Below are positions 10,764 to 24,100 of a DNA stretch of 64,000 bases, in pieces. The notes under the pieces are model-generated. The model searched no databases and was not told the DNA's origin. It saw nothing but the letters and a program-made list of their open reading frames with translations. A program made the translations under genes and the position numbers. Source of the stretch: Squalus acanthias (lineage: Eukaryota); NCBI GenBank assembly GCA_030390025.1, contig CM059431.1:123382001-123446000 (forward strand). The letters are read 5' to 3'. How positions within the stretch are numbered: position 1 is the first letter of the stretch; every line of letters begins with the position of its first letter.

Positions 10764-13700
10764 GAGGAGAGGTAGAATGGGATGTGTGAGTAGAGGTAGA
10801 ATGTGATGTGTGAGGAGAGGTAGAATGGGATGTGTGAGGAGAGGTAAATGGGATGTGAGAGGAGAGGTAGAATGGGATGTCAGAGGAGAGGTAGAATGGG
10901 ATGTGAGGAGAGGTAAAATGGGATGTGTGAGGAGAGGTAGAATGAGATGTGAGGAGAGGTAGAATGGGATGTGTGAAGAGAGGTAGAATGGGATGTGTAA
11001 GAGAGGTAGAATGGGATGTGTAAAGAAAGGTAGAATGGGATGTGTGAGGAGAGGTAGAATGGGATGTGTAAAGAAAGGTAGAATGGGATGTGTGAGGAGA
11101 GGTAGAATGGGATGTGTAAAGAAAGGTAGAATGGGATGTGTGAGGAGAGGTAGAATGGGATGTGTAAAGAAAGGTAGAATGGGATGTGTGAGGAGAGGTA
11201 GAATGGGATGTGTGAGGAGAGGTAGAATGGGATGTGTGAGGAGAGGTAGAATGGGATGTGTGAGGAGAGGTAGAATGGGATGTGTGAGAGGAGAGGTAGA
11301 ATGGGATGTGAGAGTAGAGGTAGAATGGGATGTGAGAGGAGAGGTAGAATGGGAAGTGCGAGTAGAGGTAGAATGGGATGTGAGAGGAGAGGTAGAATGG
11401 GATGTGCGAGTAGAGGTAGAATGGGATGTGAGAGGAGAGGTAGAATGGGATGTGAGTGAGGAGAGGTAGAATGGGATGGGAGGAGAGGTAGAATGTGATG
11501 TGAGAGGAGAGGTAGAATGGGATGTGAGAGGAGAGGTAGAATGAGATGTGAGAGGAGAGGTAGAATGGGATGTAAGAGGAGAGGTAGAATGGGATGTGAG
11601 AGGAGAGGTAGAATGGGATGTGAGAGGAGAGGTAGAATGGGATGTGAGAGGAGAGGTAGAATGGGATGTGTGTGAGGAGAGGTAGAATGGGATGGGAGGA
11701 GAGGTAGAATGGGATGTGAGAGGAGAGGTAGAATGGGATGGGAGGAGAGGTAGAATGGGATGTGAGAGGAGAGGTAGAATGGGATGTGAGAGGAGAGGTA
11801 GAATGGGATGTGTGAGGAGAGGTAGAATGGGATGTGTGAGGAGAGGTAGAATGGGATGTGTGTAAAGAGAGGTAGAATGGGATGTGTGTGAGGACATGTA
11901 GAATGGTACGTGTGAGGAGAGGTAGAATGGGATGTGTGAGGAGAGGTAGAATGGGATGTGTGAGGAGAGGTAGAATGGGATGTGAGAGGACAGGTAGAAT
12001 GGGATGTGTGAGGAGAGGTAGAATGGGATGTGTGAGGAGAGGTAGAATGGGATGTGAGAGGAGAGGCAGAATGGGATGTGTGTAAAGAGAGGTAGAATGG
12101 GATGTGTGTGAGGACATGTAGAATGGTACGTGTGAGGAGAGGTAGAGTGGGATGTGTGTAAAGAGAGGTAGAATGGGATGTGTGAGGAGAGGTAGAATGG
12201 GATGTGTGTAAAGAGAGGTAGAATGGGATGTGTGAGGAGAGGTAGAATGGGATGTGAGAGGAGAGGTAGAATGGGATGTGAGAGGAGAGTTAGAATGGGA
12301 TGTGAGAGGAGAGGTAGAATGGGATGTGTGAGGAGAGGTAGAATGGGATGTGAGAGGAGAGGTAGAATGGGATGTGTGAGGAGAGGTAGAATGGGATGTG
12401 AGAGGAGAGGTAGAATGGGATGTGAGAGGAGAGGTAGAATGGGATGTGTGAGGAGAGGTAGAATGGGATGTGTGAGGAGAGGTAGAATGGGATGTGAGAG
12501 GAGAGGTAGAATGGGATGTGTGTAAAGAGAGGTAGAATGGGATGTGAGAGGAGAGGTAGAATGGGATGTGAGGAGAGGTAGAATGGGATGTGAGAGGAGA
12601 GGTAGAATGGGATGTGTGAGGAGAGGTAGAATGGGATGTGAGAGGAGAGGTAGAATGGGATGTGAGAGGAGAGGTAGAATGGGATGTGCGAGTAGAGGTA
12701 GAATGGGATGTGAGAGGAGAGGTAGAATGGGATGTGAGTGAGGAGAGGTAGAATGGGATGGGAGGAGAGGTAGAATGTGATGTGAGAGGAGAGGTAGAAT
12801 GGGATGTGAGAGGAGAGGTAGAATGAGATGTGAGAGGAGAGGTAGAATGGGATGTAAGAGGAGAGGTAGAATGGGATGTGAGAGGAGAGGTAGAATGGGA
12901 TGTGAGAGGAGAGGTAGAATGGGATGTGAGAGGAGAGGTAGAATGGGATGTGAGTGAGGAGAGGTAGAATGGGATGGGAGGAGAGGTAGAATGGGATGTG
13001 AGAGGAGAGGTAGAATGGGATGGGAGGAGAGGTAGAATGGGATGTGAGAGGAGAGGTAGAATGGGATGTGAGAGGAGAGGTAGAATGGGATGTGTGAGGA
13101 GAGGTAGAATGGGATGTGTGAGGAGAGGTAGAATGGGATGTGTGTAAAGAGAGGTAGAATGGGATGTGTGTGAGGACATGTAGAATGGTACGTGTGAGGA
13201 GAGGTAGAATGGGATGTGTGAGGAGAGGTAGAATGGGATGTGTGAGGAGAGGTAGAATGGGATGTGAGAGGACAGGTAGAATGGGATGTGTGAGGAGAGG
13301 TAGAATGGGATGTGTGAGGAGAGGTAGAATGGGATGTGAGAGGAGAGGCAGAATGGGATGTGTGTAAAGAGAGGTAGAATGGGATGTGTGTGAGGACATG
13401 TAGAATGGTACGTGTGAGGAGAGGTAGAGTGGGATGTGTGTAAGAGAGGTAGAATGGGATGTGTGAGGAGAGGTAGAATGGGATGTGTGTAAGAGAGGTA
13501 GAATGGGATGTGTGAGGAGAGGTAGAATGGGATGTGAGAGGAGAGGTAGAATGGGATGTGAGAGGAGAGTTAGAATGGGATGTGAGAGGAGAGGTAGAAT
13601 GGGATGTGTGAGGAGAGGTAGAATGGGATGTGAGAGGAGAGGTAGAATGGGATGTGTGAGGAGAGGTAGAATGGGATGTGAGAGGAGAGGTAGAATGGGA

Positions 13701-16700
13701 TGTGAGAGGAGAGGTAGAATGGGATGTGTGAGGAGAGGTAGAATGGGATGTGTGAGGAGAGGTAGAATGGGATGTGAGAGGAGAGGTAGAATGGGATGTG
13801 TGTAAAGAGAGGTAGAATGGGATGTGAGAGGAGAGGTAGAATGGGATGTGAGGAGAGGTAGAATGGGATGTGAGAGGAGAGGTAGAATGGGATGTGTGAG
13901 GAGAGGTAGAATGGGATGTGAGAGGAGAGGTAGAATGGGATGTGAGAGGAGAGGTAGAATGGGATGTGTGAGGAGAGGTAGAATGGGATGTGAGGAGAGG
14001 TAGAATGGGATGTGTGAGGAGAGGTAGAATGGGATGTGTGAGGAGAGGTAGAATGGGATGTGAGAGGAGAGGTAGAATGGGATGTGAGGAGAGGTAGAAT
14101 GGGATGTGAGAGGAGAGGTAGAATGGGATGTGAGAGGAGAGGTAGAATGGGATGTTAGATGAGAGGTAGAATGGGATGTGAGAGGAGAGGTAGAATGGGA
14201 TGTGAGGAGAGGTAGAATGGGGTGTGAGAGGAGAGGTAGAATGGGATGTGAGAGGAGAGGTAGAATGGGATGTGAGAGGAGAGGTAGAATGGGATGTGAG
14301 AGGAGAGGTAGAATGGGATGTGAGAGGAGAGGTAGAATGGGATGTGAGAGTAGAGGAAGAATGGGATGTGAGGAGAGGTAGAATGGGATGTGTGAGGAGA
14401 GGTAGAATGGGATGTGAGGAGAGGTAGAATGGGATGTGAGAGGAGAGGTAGAATGGGATGTGTGAGGAGAGGTAGAATGGTACGTGTGAGGAGAGATAGA
14501 ATGGGATGTGAGAGGAGAGGTAGAATGGGATGTGTGTAAAGAGAGGTAGAATGGGATGTTTAAAGAGAGGTAGAATGGGATGTGAGGAGAGGTAGAATGG
14601 GATGTGTGAGGAGAGGTAGAATGGGATGTGTGAGGAGAGGTAGAATGGGATGTGTGAGGAGAGGAAAAATGGGATGTGAGAGGAGAGGCAGAATGGGATG
14701 TGAGAGGAGAGATAGAATGGGATGTGTGAGGAGAGGTAGAATGGGATGTGTGAGGAGAGGTACAATGGGATGTGAGAGGAGAGGTAGAATGGGATGTGAG
14801 AGGAGAGGTAGAATGGGATGTGTGAGAGGAGAGGTAGAATGGGATGTGAGAGGAGAGGTAGAATGGGATGTGAGAGGAGAGGTAGAATGGGATGTGAGAG
14901 GAGAGGTAGAATGGGATGTGAGGAGAGGTAGAATGGGATGTGAGGAGAGGTAGAATGGGATGTGAGGAGAGGTAGAATGGGATGTGAGAGGAGAGGTAGA
15001 ATGGGATGTATGAGGAGAGGTAGAATGGGATGTGAGAGGAGAGGTAGAATGGGATGTGAGAGGAGAGGTAGAATGGGATGTGTGTAAAGAGAGGTAGAAT
15101 GGGATGTGAGAGGAGAGGTAGAATGGGATGTGAGGAGAGGTAGAATGGGATGTGAGAGGAGAGGTAGAATGGGATGTGTGAGGAGAGGTAGAATGGGATG
15201 TGTGAGGAGAGGTAGAATGGGATGTGAGGAGAGGTAGAATGGGATGTGTGAGGAGAGGTAGAATGGGATGTGAAAGGAGAGGTAGAATGGGATGTGAGAG
15301 GAGAGGTAGAATGGGATGTGAGAGGAGAGGTAGAATGGGATGTGTGAGGAGAGGTAGAATGGGATGTGAGGAGAGGTAGAATGGGATGTGTGAGGAGAGG
15401 TAGAATGGGATGTGTGAGGAGAGGTAGAATGGGATGTGAGAGGAGAGGTAGAATGGGATGTGAGGAGAGGTAGAATGGGATGTGAGAGGAGAGGTAGAAT
15501 GGGATGTGAGAGGAATGGTAGAATGGGATGTTAGATGAGAGGTAGAATGGGATGTGAGAGGAGAGGTAGAATGGGATGTGAGAGGAGAGGTAGAATGGGA
15601 TGTGAGAGGAGAGGTAGAATGGGATGTGTGAGGAGAGGTAGAATGGGATGTGAGGAGAGGTAGAATGGGGTGTGAGAGGAGAGGTAGAATGGGATGTGAG
15701 AGGAGAGGTAGAATGGGATGTGAGAGGAGAGGTAGAATGGGATGTGAGAGGAGAGGTAGAATGGGATGTGAGAGGAGAGGTAGAATGGGATGTGAGAGTA
15801 GAGGAAGAATGGGATGTGAGGAGAGGTAGAATGGGATGTGTGAGGAGAGGTAGAATGGGATGTGAGGAGAGGTAGAATGGGATGTGAGAGGAGAGGTAGA
15901 ATGGGATGTGAGAGGAGAGGTAGAACGGGATGTGAGAGGAGAGGTAGAATGGGATGTGTGAGGAGAGGTAGAATGGTAAGTGTGAGGAGAGATAGAATGG
16001 GATGTGAGAGGAGAGGTAGAATGGGATGTGTGTAAAGAGAGGTAGAATGGGATGTTTAAAGAGAGGTAGAATGGGATGTGAGGAGAGGTAGAATGGGATG
16101 TGTGAGGAGAGGTAGAATGGGATGTGTGAGGAGAGGTAGAATGGGATGTGTGAGGAGAGGTAGAATGGGATGTGAGAGGAGAGGCAGAATGGGATGTGAG
16201 AGGAGAGATAGAATGGGATGTGTGAGGAGAGGTAGAATGGGATGTGTGAGGAGAGGTAGAATGGGATGTGAGAGGAGAGGTAGAATGGGATGTGAGAGGA
16301 GAGGTAGAATGGGATGTGTGAGAGGAGAGGCAGAATGGGATGTGAGAGGAGAGGTAGAATGGGATGTGAGAGGAGAGGTAGAATGGGATGTGAGGAGAGG
16401 TAGAATGGGATGTGAGGAGAGGTAGAATGGGATGTGAGGAGAGGTAGAATGGGATGTGAGAGGAGAGGTAGAATGGGATGTGTGAGGAGAGCTAGAATGG
16501 GATGTGTGAGGAGAGGTAGAATGGGATGTGAGAGGAGAGGTAGAATGGGATGTGTGAGGAGAGGTAGAATGGGATGTGAGAGGAGAGGTAGAATGGGATG
16601 TGAGAGGAGAGGTAGAATGAGATGTGAGAGGAGAGGTAGAATGGGATGTGTGAGGAGAGGAAGAATGGGATGTGTGAGGAGAGGAAGAATGGGTATGTGA

Positions 16701-16743
16701 GAGTAAAGGTAGAATGCGATGTGTGTGAGAGTAGAGCTAGCAT
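10764..16743 (+). repeat. ~6 kb minisatellite, unit ~21-25 bp (GAGGAGAGGTAGAATGGGATGT[GA/GT])
   Basis: Direct reading; + strand almost C-free; variant units recur at ~1.28 kb and ~1.4-1.5 kb spacing. Confidence 0.98.
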
Positions 16744-17947
16744 GGTATATGTAAAACTTTGTCCAGAATGTATACTGAAGCAAGGTTCCTTCTCTCCAAA
16801 CCTCCAGACCTCGTGACATAAGGACCATCTTGATGGTTTAACCACTAATCAATTTAACCTGATGTTTCCTTTCTGAATTTACAAAGGAACGGGAGATGAC
16901 CTGGACAATCCCAGATAGCTATTGTGACATTGCTAATTGTTGCTATGTGTGAGCTTTGGTGCCTCCATTGTTTTGGCCAATCTGCTATTAACACCTCACA
17001 TGGGATATTACTGATACCTCGGCTTCTTCCTACTCCCCCAGTGTCCCGCCTAATCTCCAATATTACCATATCCTAGCATATCCTAATCAGACAATGACCC
17101 AGAGATATTATGATTAACTTTGCTGAGACACCTGATAGAGTAAATTCTAACATGAGACACGTGTAATATAGTTTTTGTGAAAGCTGTGACTTGTTAGAGA
17201 TTAAATAAAGCCATTAATAAGGTTTATAAACCAAAAAAGAGCAACTGATTTCATGATTGTTAAGAATTTAGTTGACTGTCTCATGATTTGAGACAGTGGG
17301 TTGGCAATATGGCATTACAGTATATATGCTTTTAAGTGGTTGCTGTTGATGTTGTTGTTGTAGTAAAAGATATTGTTGTTTTAAAATTTGTTGTTGTAAA
17401 ATTTTCCCATGGACAAAAGGATCACGCACAAAGGAGTTTGTGGCCCGTTCAGTACAAAAAAAAATAGAGGGAACATTGGTGGAGCATATTCAATCACTCT
17501 CCTGATTTGTGACACAATCAATCACATTGATTTGTGCCAGTGCAAAATTATAAATTTCTGCAAGTTTTCATATAGTCCTAATGGTCCCTTTGGGATGGGG
17601 ACAGGCTTCCATTTGCTTATTCCACTGCTCTAAATTTATATTGATCAGTTGATCAATCGTTTATTTTAGGTGATTTCTTTCACCTATAGTTCATCTATAA
17701 ACTGCAGGGAATACTGTGCTGAATCTACGGTCGGAATTTTCCAGAGGGTCAGCGGGCGGGATCGGTGGCGGGTCGGGTGGGAAAGTGTTTTTCTTTCAGA
17801 GCATTGAAGGATTACTTATCTCGCAGCACAAATTCATGTTATGCATAGTAACAACAAAAGGTTCATGATTAGGACCAGTGTTCCTAAGCTATGTAAATAT
17901 AATGAATATTGCATTCTGTTGGATAACTTTCTGAATGATCCTCAATG

Positions 17948-18180
17948 CATATGAACATATGAACATACAAACAATGATGAACAGGAGAAGACCCTTTGGT
18001 CCATCTAGCATGTCCCACACAGCTGTGCATCACAATATATTCACTCTCCACCACACCTGAAACCAATGTGATCTCCTGGGAGAGGCAGATAAAAACACAA
18101 GCCAATTTGGGAAACAAAATCTGGAAAATTTCTCTCCAACCACCTTAGGCGATATAAACTAGTACACGGTATCACTCTGG
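17948..18180 (-). mobile_element. LINE 3' UTR/tail fragment (CR1-like)
   Basis: 8-bp tail repeats (catatgaa)n and the typical 3' UTR stem region in reverse orientation. Confidence 0.55.
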
Positions 18181-19969
18181 CATGAAAAATGCTTACTGAA
18201 CAGTGATGGTTTACAGATTAACTAGGGTAATATAATGGCTCATGTATAGCCCATTCAATTATTTACAAGTTTGGTGTATTACAATTTGAATAAATTCGAT
18301 ACACTGTATTTGTAATGGACAGAAATAACACATGTTCATACTGAGAATGTGGACCAATAAGAAACACTAAAAAGTCTGTTGTACAGTTTGTTGTCTCAAG
18401 TTTAATAGTTTCCATGTATTTCTAATAGGTTTGCAATTAGAATGATTGGGGGTTAAATTGGATAGTCCCTGAAAATGGGCGCAGGGATCGCGATGCACTA
18501 TTAACCTGCGCCCGTTGATTGCAATGCAGGCAGCACACCAACTTTGTGCTACCTGCTCATTTTAATGATTTCAGCATGCAGCCAGCGTGAACCGTGCTAT
18601 TCATTGGCTGCATCAGCAGGGGGCCCAAAATCGTAATTTGCTAGCACCAGTTAAAGCTAGCCTGCACCTCTTAAAGGGGAGGTGCATTGTGGCTGGAATA
18701 GGTGATGGCAGTTGTTCAGGAAGTGAATCTGACCTGGGAACCAGTGAAGAATGTCTCAACATGGGAGAGAGGGGGCTCCAAGGCTTTCGGAGGTTGCACT
18801 GGAGGCCTTGGTGGAAGAGGTGAAAAGTAGGAGAGATGTCCTGTATCCACAGGGGGCCAGGGAGCCCTTTAGACACACACTCAAAAGGCAATGGGAGCAG
18901 ATAGCCGTGGAGGTCAATGGAGGAGTCCAGCATCAACTTGGCACAGTGCTTTGCGCAGAGCTTGGAGCCCATCCTTTCCAGCATGGAAGTGATGACCCAC
19001 TCCATCAAGACACTTGTGGACCTGAAAGGATATTTACTAGTTCCAGCCCCTTTGGGGCTATTCCGGATCAGGCATATTTCTCAGATGTTCACTTTCAACT
19101 AAAGTTTGAGGTAGCTGAATCATCATGCTGGTGTTCATATGCCTATGCTTCACCTAGGTAAGCATGAAAAGACTAGAGAAAAGGCTGAAGGTTCGAGTGG
19201 AATCAATGGAAGCGTATCAGGCTTTACAAAGGACAAAGGACACACCCCGACAATGGTAAACAGCTTTATAGTGATCAAATCATTTGGTCAAATGATAATG
19301 ATCAAAGGGAGGAATGTGGAAATAAAATGGAAGAAGTAGTGTCTAAGTAAGAAATCTGAAATAAAATGAAGGAGTCACCATGTGTAAGAGATAGTGGGTA
19401 AATAATGATCAGCCGTGGAATGTTCTGAAACAGAGGGCTCATAGGTAAACTCATCAGACACGGGTGAGGTCACTACAGACGCCAGTTAACAAACAATGGG
19501 TCAATTGGAGAAAATGGATGAAGTAAGATGTAAACTAATCAAGGAGATGGGACAGATTGTAGAATAGGATAAACTAATCATCAGGGCGCAGACCGAACAG
19601 GAAAAAAGGAACAAATGTGTAACCAAAGAGATGGGACAGATTATAGAATAGTATAAACCAGGAGGGAACACCCCAGACAGCAGCGAGAACCTAGGAGCAA
19701 CACTCGACAGCAGGGACCTGAGGACAGAAACCCTACGTAGAGGTTTGGACAGAGACTGATCACCTTGGACCAAATCAGGTAATATCAATATAAGTTGTGA
19801 GTCTTATATTTTGGAATTTTACTTTAAATAACGAACGGTGTTTGTTAAGCATTTATTGCCTGTGTGTTTGTTCAGACCAAACTTACATTTGAACCCTAAA
19901 AGGAAAAATTGTGAACCTATTTGTTCGATCTTTCGAACATCTTGCGAATTTGGCGCAACAATTGGCGAC

Positions 19970-21121
19970 ATTCCCCTCTACGGTGGTTGACACGGCCCTC
20001 GACCGAGTCCGTTCCATCTCCCGCACTTCTGCCCTCACACCTGCCCCTCCCTCCCGGAACCACGATAGGGTTCCCCTTGTCCTCACCTTTCACCCCACCA
20101 GCCTCCACATTCAGCGGATCATCCTCCACCATTTCCGTCACCTCCAGCGTGATCTCACCACCAAACGCTTCTTCCCCTCACCTCCCCTTTCAGCATTCCG
20201 TAGGGACCTGCTCCCTCCGCGACACTCTAGTCCACTCCTCTATCAACCCCAGCTCCCCTTCCCCTTCGCCCGGCACCTTCCCGTGCAAGTACAGGAGATG
20301 CAACACATGCCCTTATACCTCCCCCCTCCCCACTGTCCAGGGCCTCAAACACCCCTTCCAGGTGAAACAGCGATTTACTTGTACTTCTTGCAATTTAGTA
20401 TACTGTATTCGCTGCTCACGATGTGGTCTCCGCTACATTGGGGAAACCAGACGCAGATTGGGTGACCGCTTTGCGGAACACCTCCGTTCAGTCCGTAAGG
20501 GGGACCCCGAGCTCCCGGTGGCCTGTCACTTTAATTCACCGCTTCACTCCCACTCTGACCTCACCGTCCTCGGCCTCTTGCATTGTTCCACGGAAGCTCA
20601 GCATAAGCTCGAGGAACAGCACCTCATCTTTCGATTAGGCACTCTACAGCCCTCTGGACTCCACATAGAGTTCAACAATTTCAGATCATAACCTCGGCCC
20701 CTTATCACATATATATATATATATATAATATTTTTTATCCACACTTTTTGTTTGGCTCTTCTTTTCTTCCCTCCCACATGGCAGTTGTCCTTCATTCTAC
20801 CAGCGTAATTCACACTTCATCTAGAGCCATCCTTTGTTCCTTAACCTGTCCCATTACCACCTCCTCTTGCCTTGAATATCTCTTAATGTCTCTCAATGTC
20901 TCTTAATCTCTCCTGCTTTCTATCCTATCACTGGCCTTCCCTTTTGTTCTTTCATCCCCTCCCCCATTTCTCAGCCCTGAAACCTGTTTTAAAATTTAGT
21001 CCATTTCCTGCTTTTTTCCAGTTCTGATGAAAGGTCTTCGACCTGAAACGTTAACTCTGTTTCTCTCTCCACGGTTGCTGCCTGGCCTGCTGAGTTTTTC
21101 CAGCGTTTTCTGTTGTTATTT
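19970..21121 (+). mobile_element. Penelope-like element 3' part (GIY-YIG endonuclease, 3' pLTR)
   Basis: CNTC..FTCTSCNLVYCIRCSRCGLRYIGETRRRLGDRFAEH..PVACHFN..EEQHLIFRLGTLQPSGL; one frameshift near 20210; hammerhead in the 3' region. Confidence 0.95.
21020..21056 (+). ncRNA. Minimal hammerhead ribozyme motif (family B)
   Basis: AGTT CTGATGA A AGGTC TTC GACCT GAAACGTT AACT: intact core, stems I and II, palindromic stem III AACGTT. Confidence 0.85.
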
Positions 21122-24100
21122 CCTCAAGACGCTTAACTGGGTCTAAAGGTCCGGGCTATCTCTCCCAAAAGGAAAGGTACAACCCGAGAATGTTATCGTC
21201 CTCCACATAGCAATTTTAATAAGTTTAGCTGGACTGTAACGTCCCGGATATTATGAGAGTCTGGAGATCTCCTTCAGAAATGTAACTCTTCACCAAAGAG
21301 TGTACAGAGATTGAGTTCGTGAGTTATTGATACAGAAGACTTATGTGAGACAATTCTAAAAATATATAGAGATTTATTAAAGAACCGACATGCAATTTAC
21401 AGTTGGTGAATCAGTCAATTGCAGCATTAACAGTTCTAAAAAGAGAAAAAATACAATCTTTTTAACAGAGAATCAACTTCGCTACAGTATTACAGTTCTT
21501 AAAGTTTTCCATACAGGATATCCATCAATATCAAAATACCTTTGATCCCCGAGGTACAAAGAGTGGAAGACCACAGAGCCGCCTCTGTAGATGAGAATCG
21601 CCTTGCCCGATTAAAGCGACTCTGATATCCCATTTGAGACTTCAATATTGATACCCTTTTTCAGTTGTATTCCTTAAGGTTTCTGCTGACCCAAGTTAAT
21701 TATCACTATTCATCTTTCTGCTGACCTCTGCAATTCTTTACTGCCACATCAGCTTGTAATATTCGAGAATCTGCCGCATCTCCAGGTGTTCTGGGTTCAC
21801 CATATAAAAGGTGTGAAAGGCAGGTGTCCCTTATTTTATGTGTCATCTTTACGAGGGCAGATGTTCCTTATCTTATGTGCCATCTTTACAAAATTTAATT
21901 TATATCACATATCCAGGGTTCACCATTGTTTTGTTCCCAAAAGATCAGCCACTCGGAAGCATCCCATTCTTCTGATTCAATAAGGTTATTTATTCAAGGT
22001 CAACAACTTGTCCTGTTTCAATAGCCAGAATTCTTTCATAGCTATTTCATAGTTAGGTTTTTAAATTTCCAAACCTGTTTGTCATGTTTTAAAGAATTTA
22101 TAAGTTAGAGTTCCTTACAAGGTACTCTTCAGGGTCACCCACTGTCTTATCTCAACAAGGCCAGAATTCTTTCATAAGATTGTGTATTTTTCTAAAAAGG
22201 CAAAATTGTATATTCCTTCACAGACCCAACCATGATGCAGCATCTGATGGCCAATGTCGCAACTTCCACTGCAGCACAAGCAGCAGCCACCCAATGTCTG
22301 AGTGCTGCAGTGGTAGCTCAGACTGCTGCCATGCAAGCTCAGACTGCTGCCATCGTGGTTGTGGATTACAGTGTTCAAAGGGGCTTGCACGGTGTCACAG
22401 CAGTCCAGCAATCTGTCCTCCAACAAATTACTAGGATTGCTGAGGTGCCACACAGGGAGAGTGGCAGTGGCTCCATGGAGCACGAACCTGGTGTACTCTC
22501 TCAGGATGATAGCATTTGTTCTCCCACCATAGCCACGATGCCAGTGCCCTTGCTGTTGCCTGTCAGCCAGTCCAGACTGCTGCCGTCCATGCTGAGATGG
22601 TGCAGTCCGCAGCCGGGTCTTCTAGGCCCAGAGCTGCTCGAGGTCATCCTCCAAGGCCATCTACAGTGTCCTCCACTGAAAGTCAGCAGCCTTCCATCGG
22701 CCATGCTGCACTACTGGGGTAGAACTGTATAGGAGTACTAGGACAGGCAAAGGAACATGGAAGACAGGCACCAAGGGAATGCACAAGGATGATTAGTTTA
22801 TGTTTGTATGCAATATAGCAATAAGAGAATAGCGTAGCTGGGGAGATGGTGCAGGAGGGAGGGCTTTAGATTCCTGAGGCATTGGGACTAGTTCTGGGGT
22901 GGTCGGACCTATACAAGCCGGAGAGGTTGCACCTCAACAGGGCCGGGAGCAATATGCTCGCTGAGGGTGGGGTTGCAGGGGGGTGTGGCAGGTGGGGTTT
23001 GCTAGTGCTGTTGGGGAGGGTTTAAACTAGCTTGGCGGGGGATGGGAACCTGAGTGTAGATTCAAAAGGGAGAGAAGCAAAGCTGGAAATGGAAGGCAGA
23101 AAATTAGTAAGCGAGTTTGGAAGACAGAGGAAACAAAGACTAGAAAATAGACAACAAAGGAGTTTGGCAGTGCTTAATGGTACATACTTCAACTGCAAGG
23201 AGTCTTGTGAATAAGGCAGATGAGCTGAGGGCACAGATAGACACGTGGGAGTATGATATTATAGCTATTACTGAAACATAGCTTAAAGAAGGGCAGGAAT
23301 GGCAGCTCAACATTCCTGGTTACATGGCTTTAAGATGAGAGAGAGGGGATAAAAAAGGAGGTAGGGTCGCAATATTGGTTAAAGAAACAATTACAGCTGT
23401 GAGGAGGGATGATATGTTAGAAGGTTCATCAAATGAGGCCATATGGGTTGAACTGAAAACAAAAAAGGGTAAATCACACTGCTGGAATGTACTATAGAAC
23501 CCCAAACAGTCAGAAGGAGATAGAAGAGCAATATGTAAGCAAATTTCTGAGAAGTGCAAAAACAATACGGCAGCAATAGACAGGGATTTCAACTACCCTA
23601 ATATTAACTGGGATAGAATCAGTGTAAAAGGTAGAGAGGGCGCAGAATTCTTAAAATGCATTCTGGAGAAGTTTTTTAGCAATACCTAGCAAGCCTAACA
23701 AGAGAGGGGGCGGTTCTGGACTTAGTTTTAGGGGATGAAGCTGGGCAGGTGGAAGAGGTATCAGTGGAAGAGCATTTTGGTGATAGTGATCATAATTCAG
23801 TTAGATTAAGCGTAGTTATGGAAAAGGACAAAGATAGATCAGGAGTAAAAGTTCTCAATTGGGGAAAGGCCAATTTTACTAAGCTGAGCTTTAATTTAGC
23901 AAAAGTGGACTGGAAACAGTTACTTGAAGGTTATTCAGTGTCAAAGAAGTGGGAGGCATTCAATAAGGAGATTCAAGGAGGGTTCAGAGAAAATATGTTC
24001 CCACAAAGAAAAAGGGTGGGACTCTCAAATCTAGGGCCCCCTGGATGTCAAAGAGCATACAGGTTAGGAAAAGGCAACAAAGGGAAGCTTATGTCAGATA

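Larger units (their letters stand above)
19023..22222. mobile_element. LTR-like composite insertion inside the Harbinger Myb gene
   Basis: TG..CA ends with imperfect inverted termini (tgaaaggata / tattccttcaca); 4-bp TSD GACC (19019-22, 22223-26); removing it rejoins the Harbinger sequence (compare 59935-59960). Confidence 0.65.

Noticed and set aside
10764..16743. CRISPR-like array
   Set aside because: No unique spacers, no cas genes, eukaryotic context
10662..16828. Very long minus-strand ORFs (1367, 829, 1512 aa) and RRGRMGC-repeat ORFs
   Set aside because: Satellite translations. The minus-strand repeat unit contains no stop triplet, so all three frames stay open.
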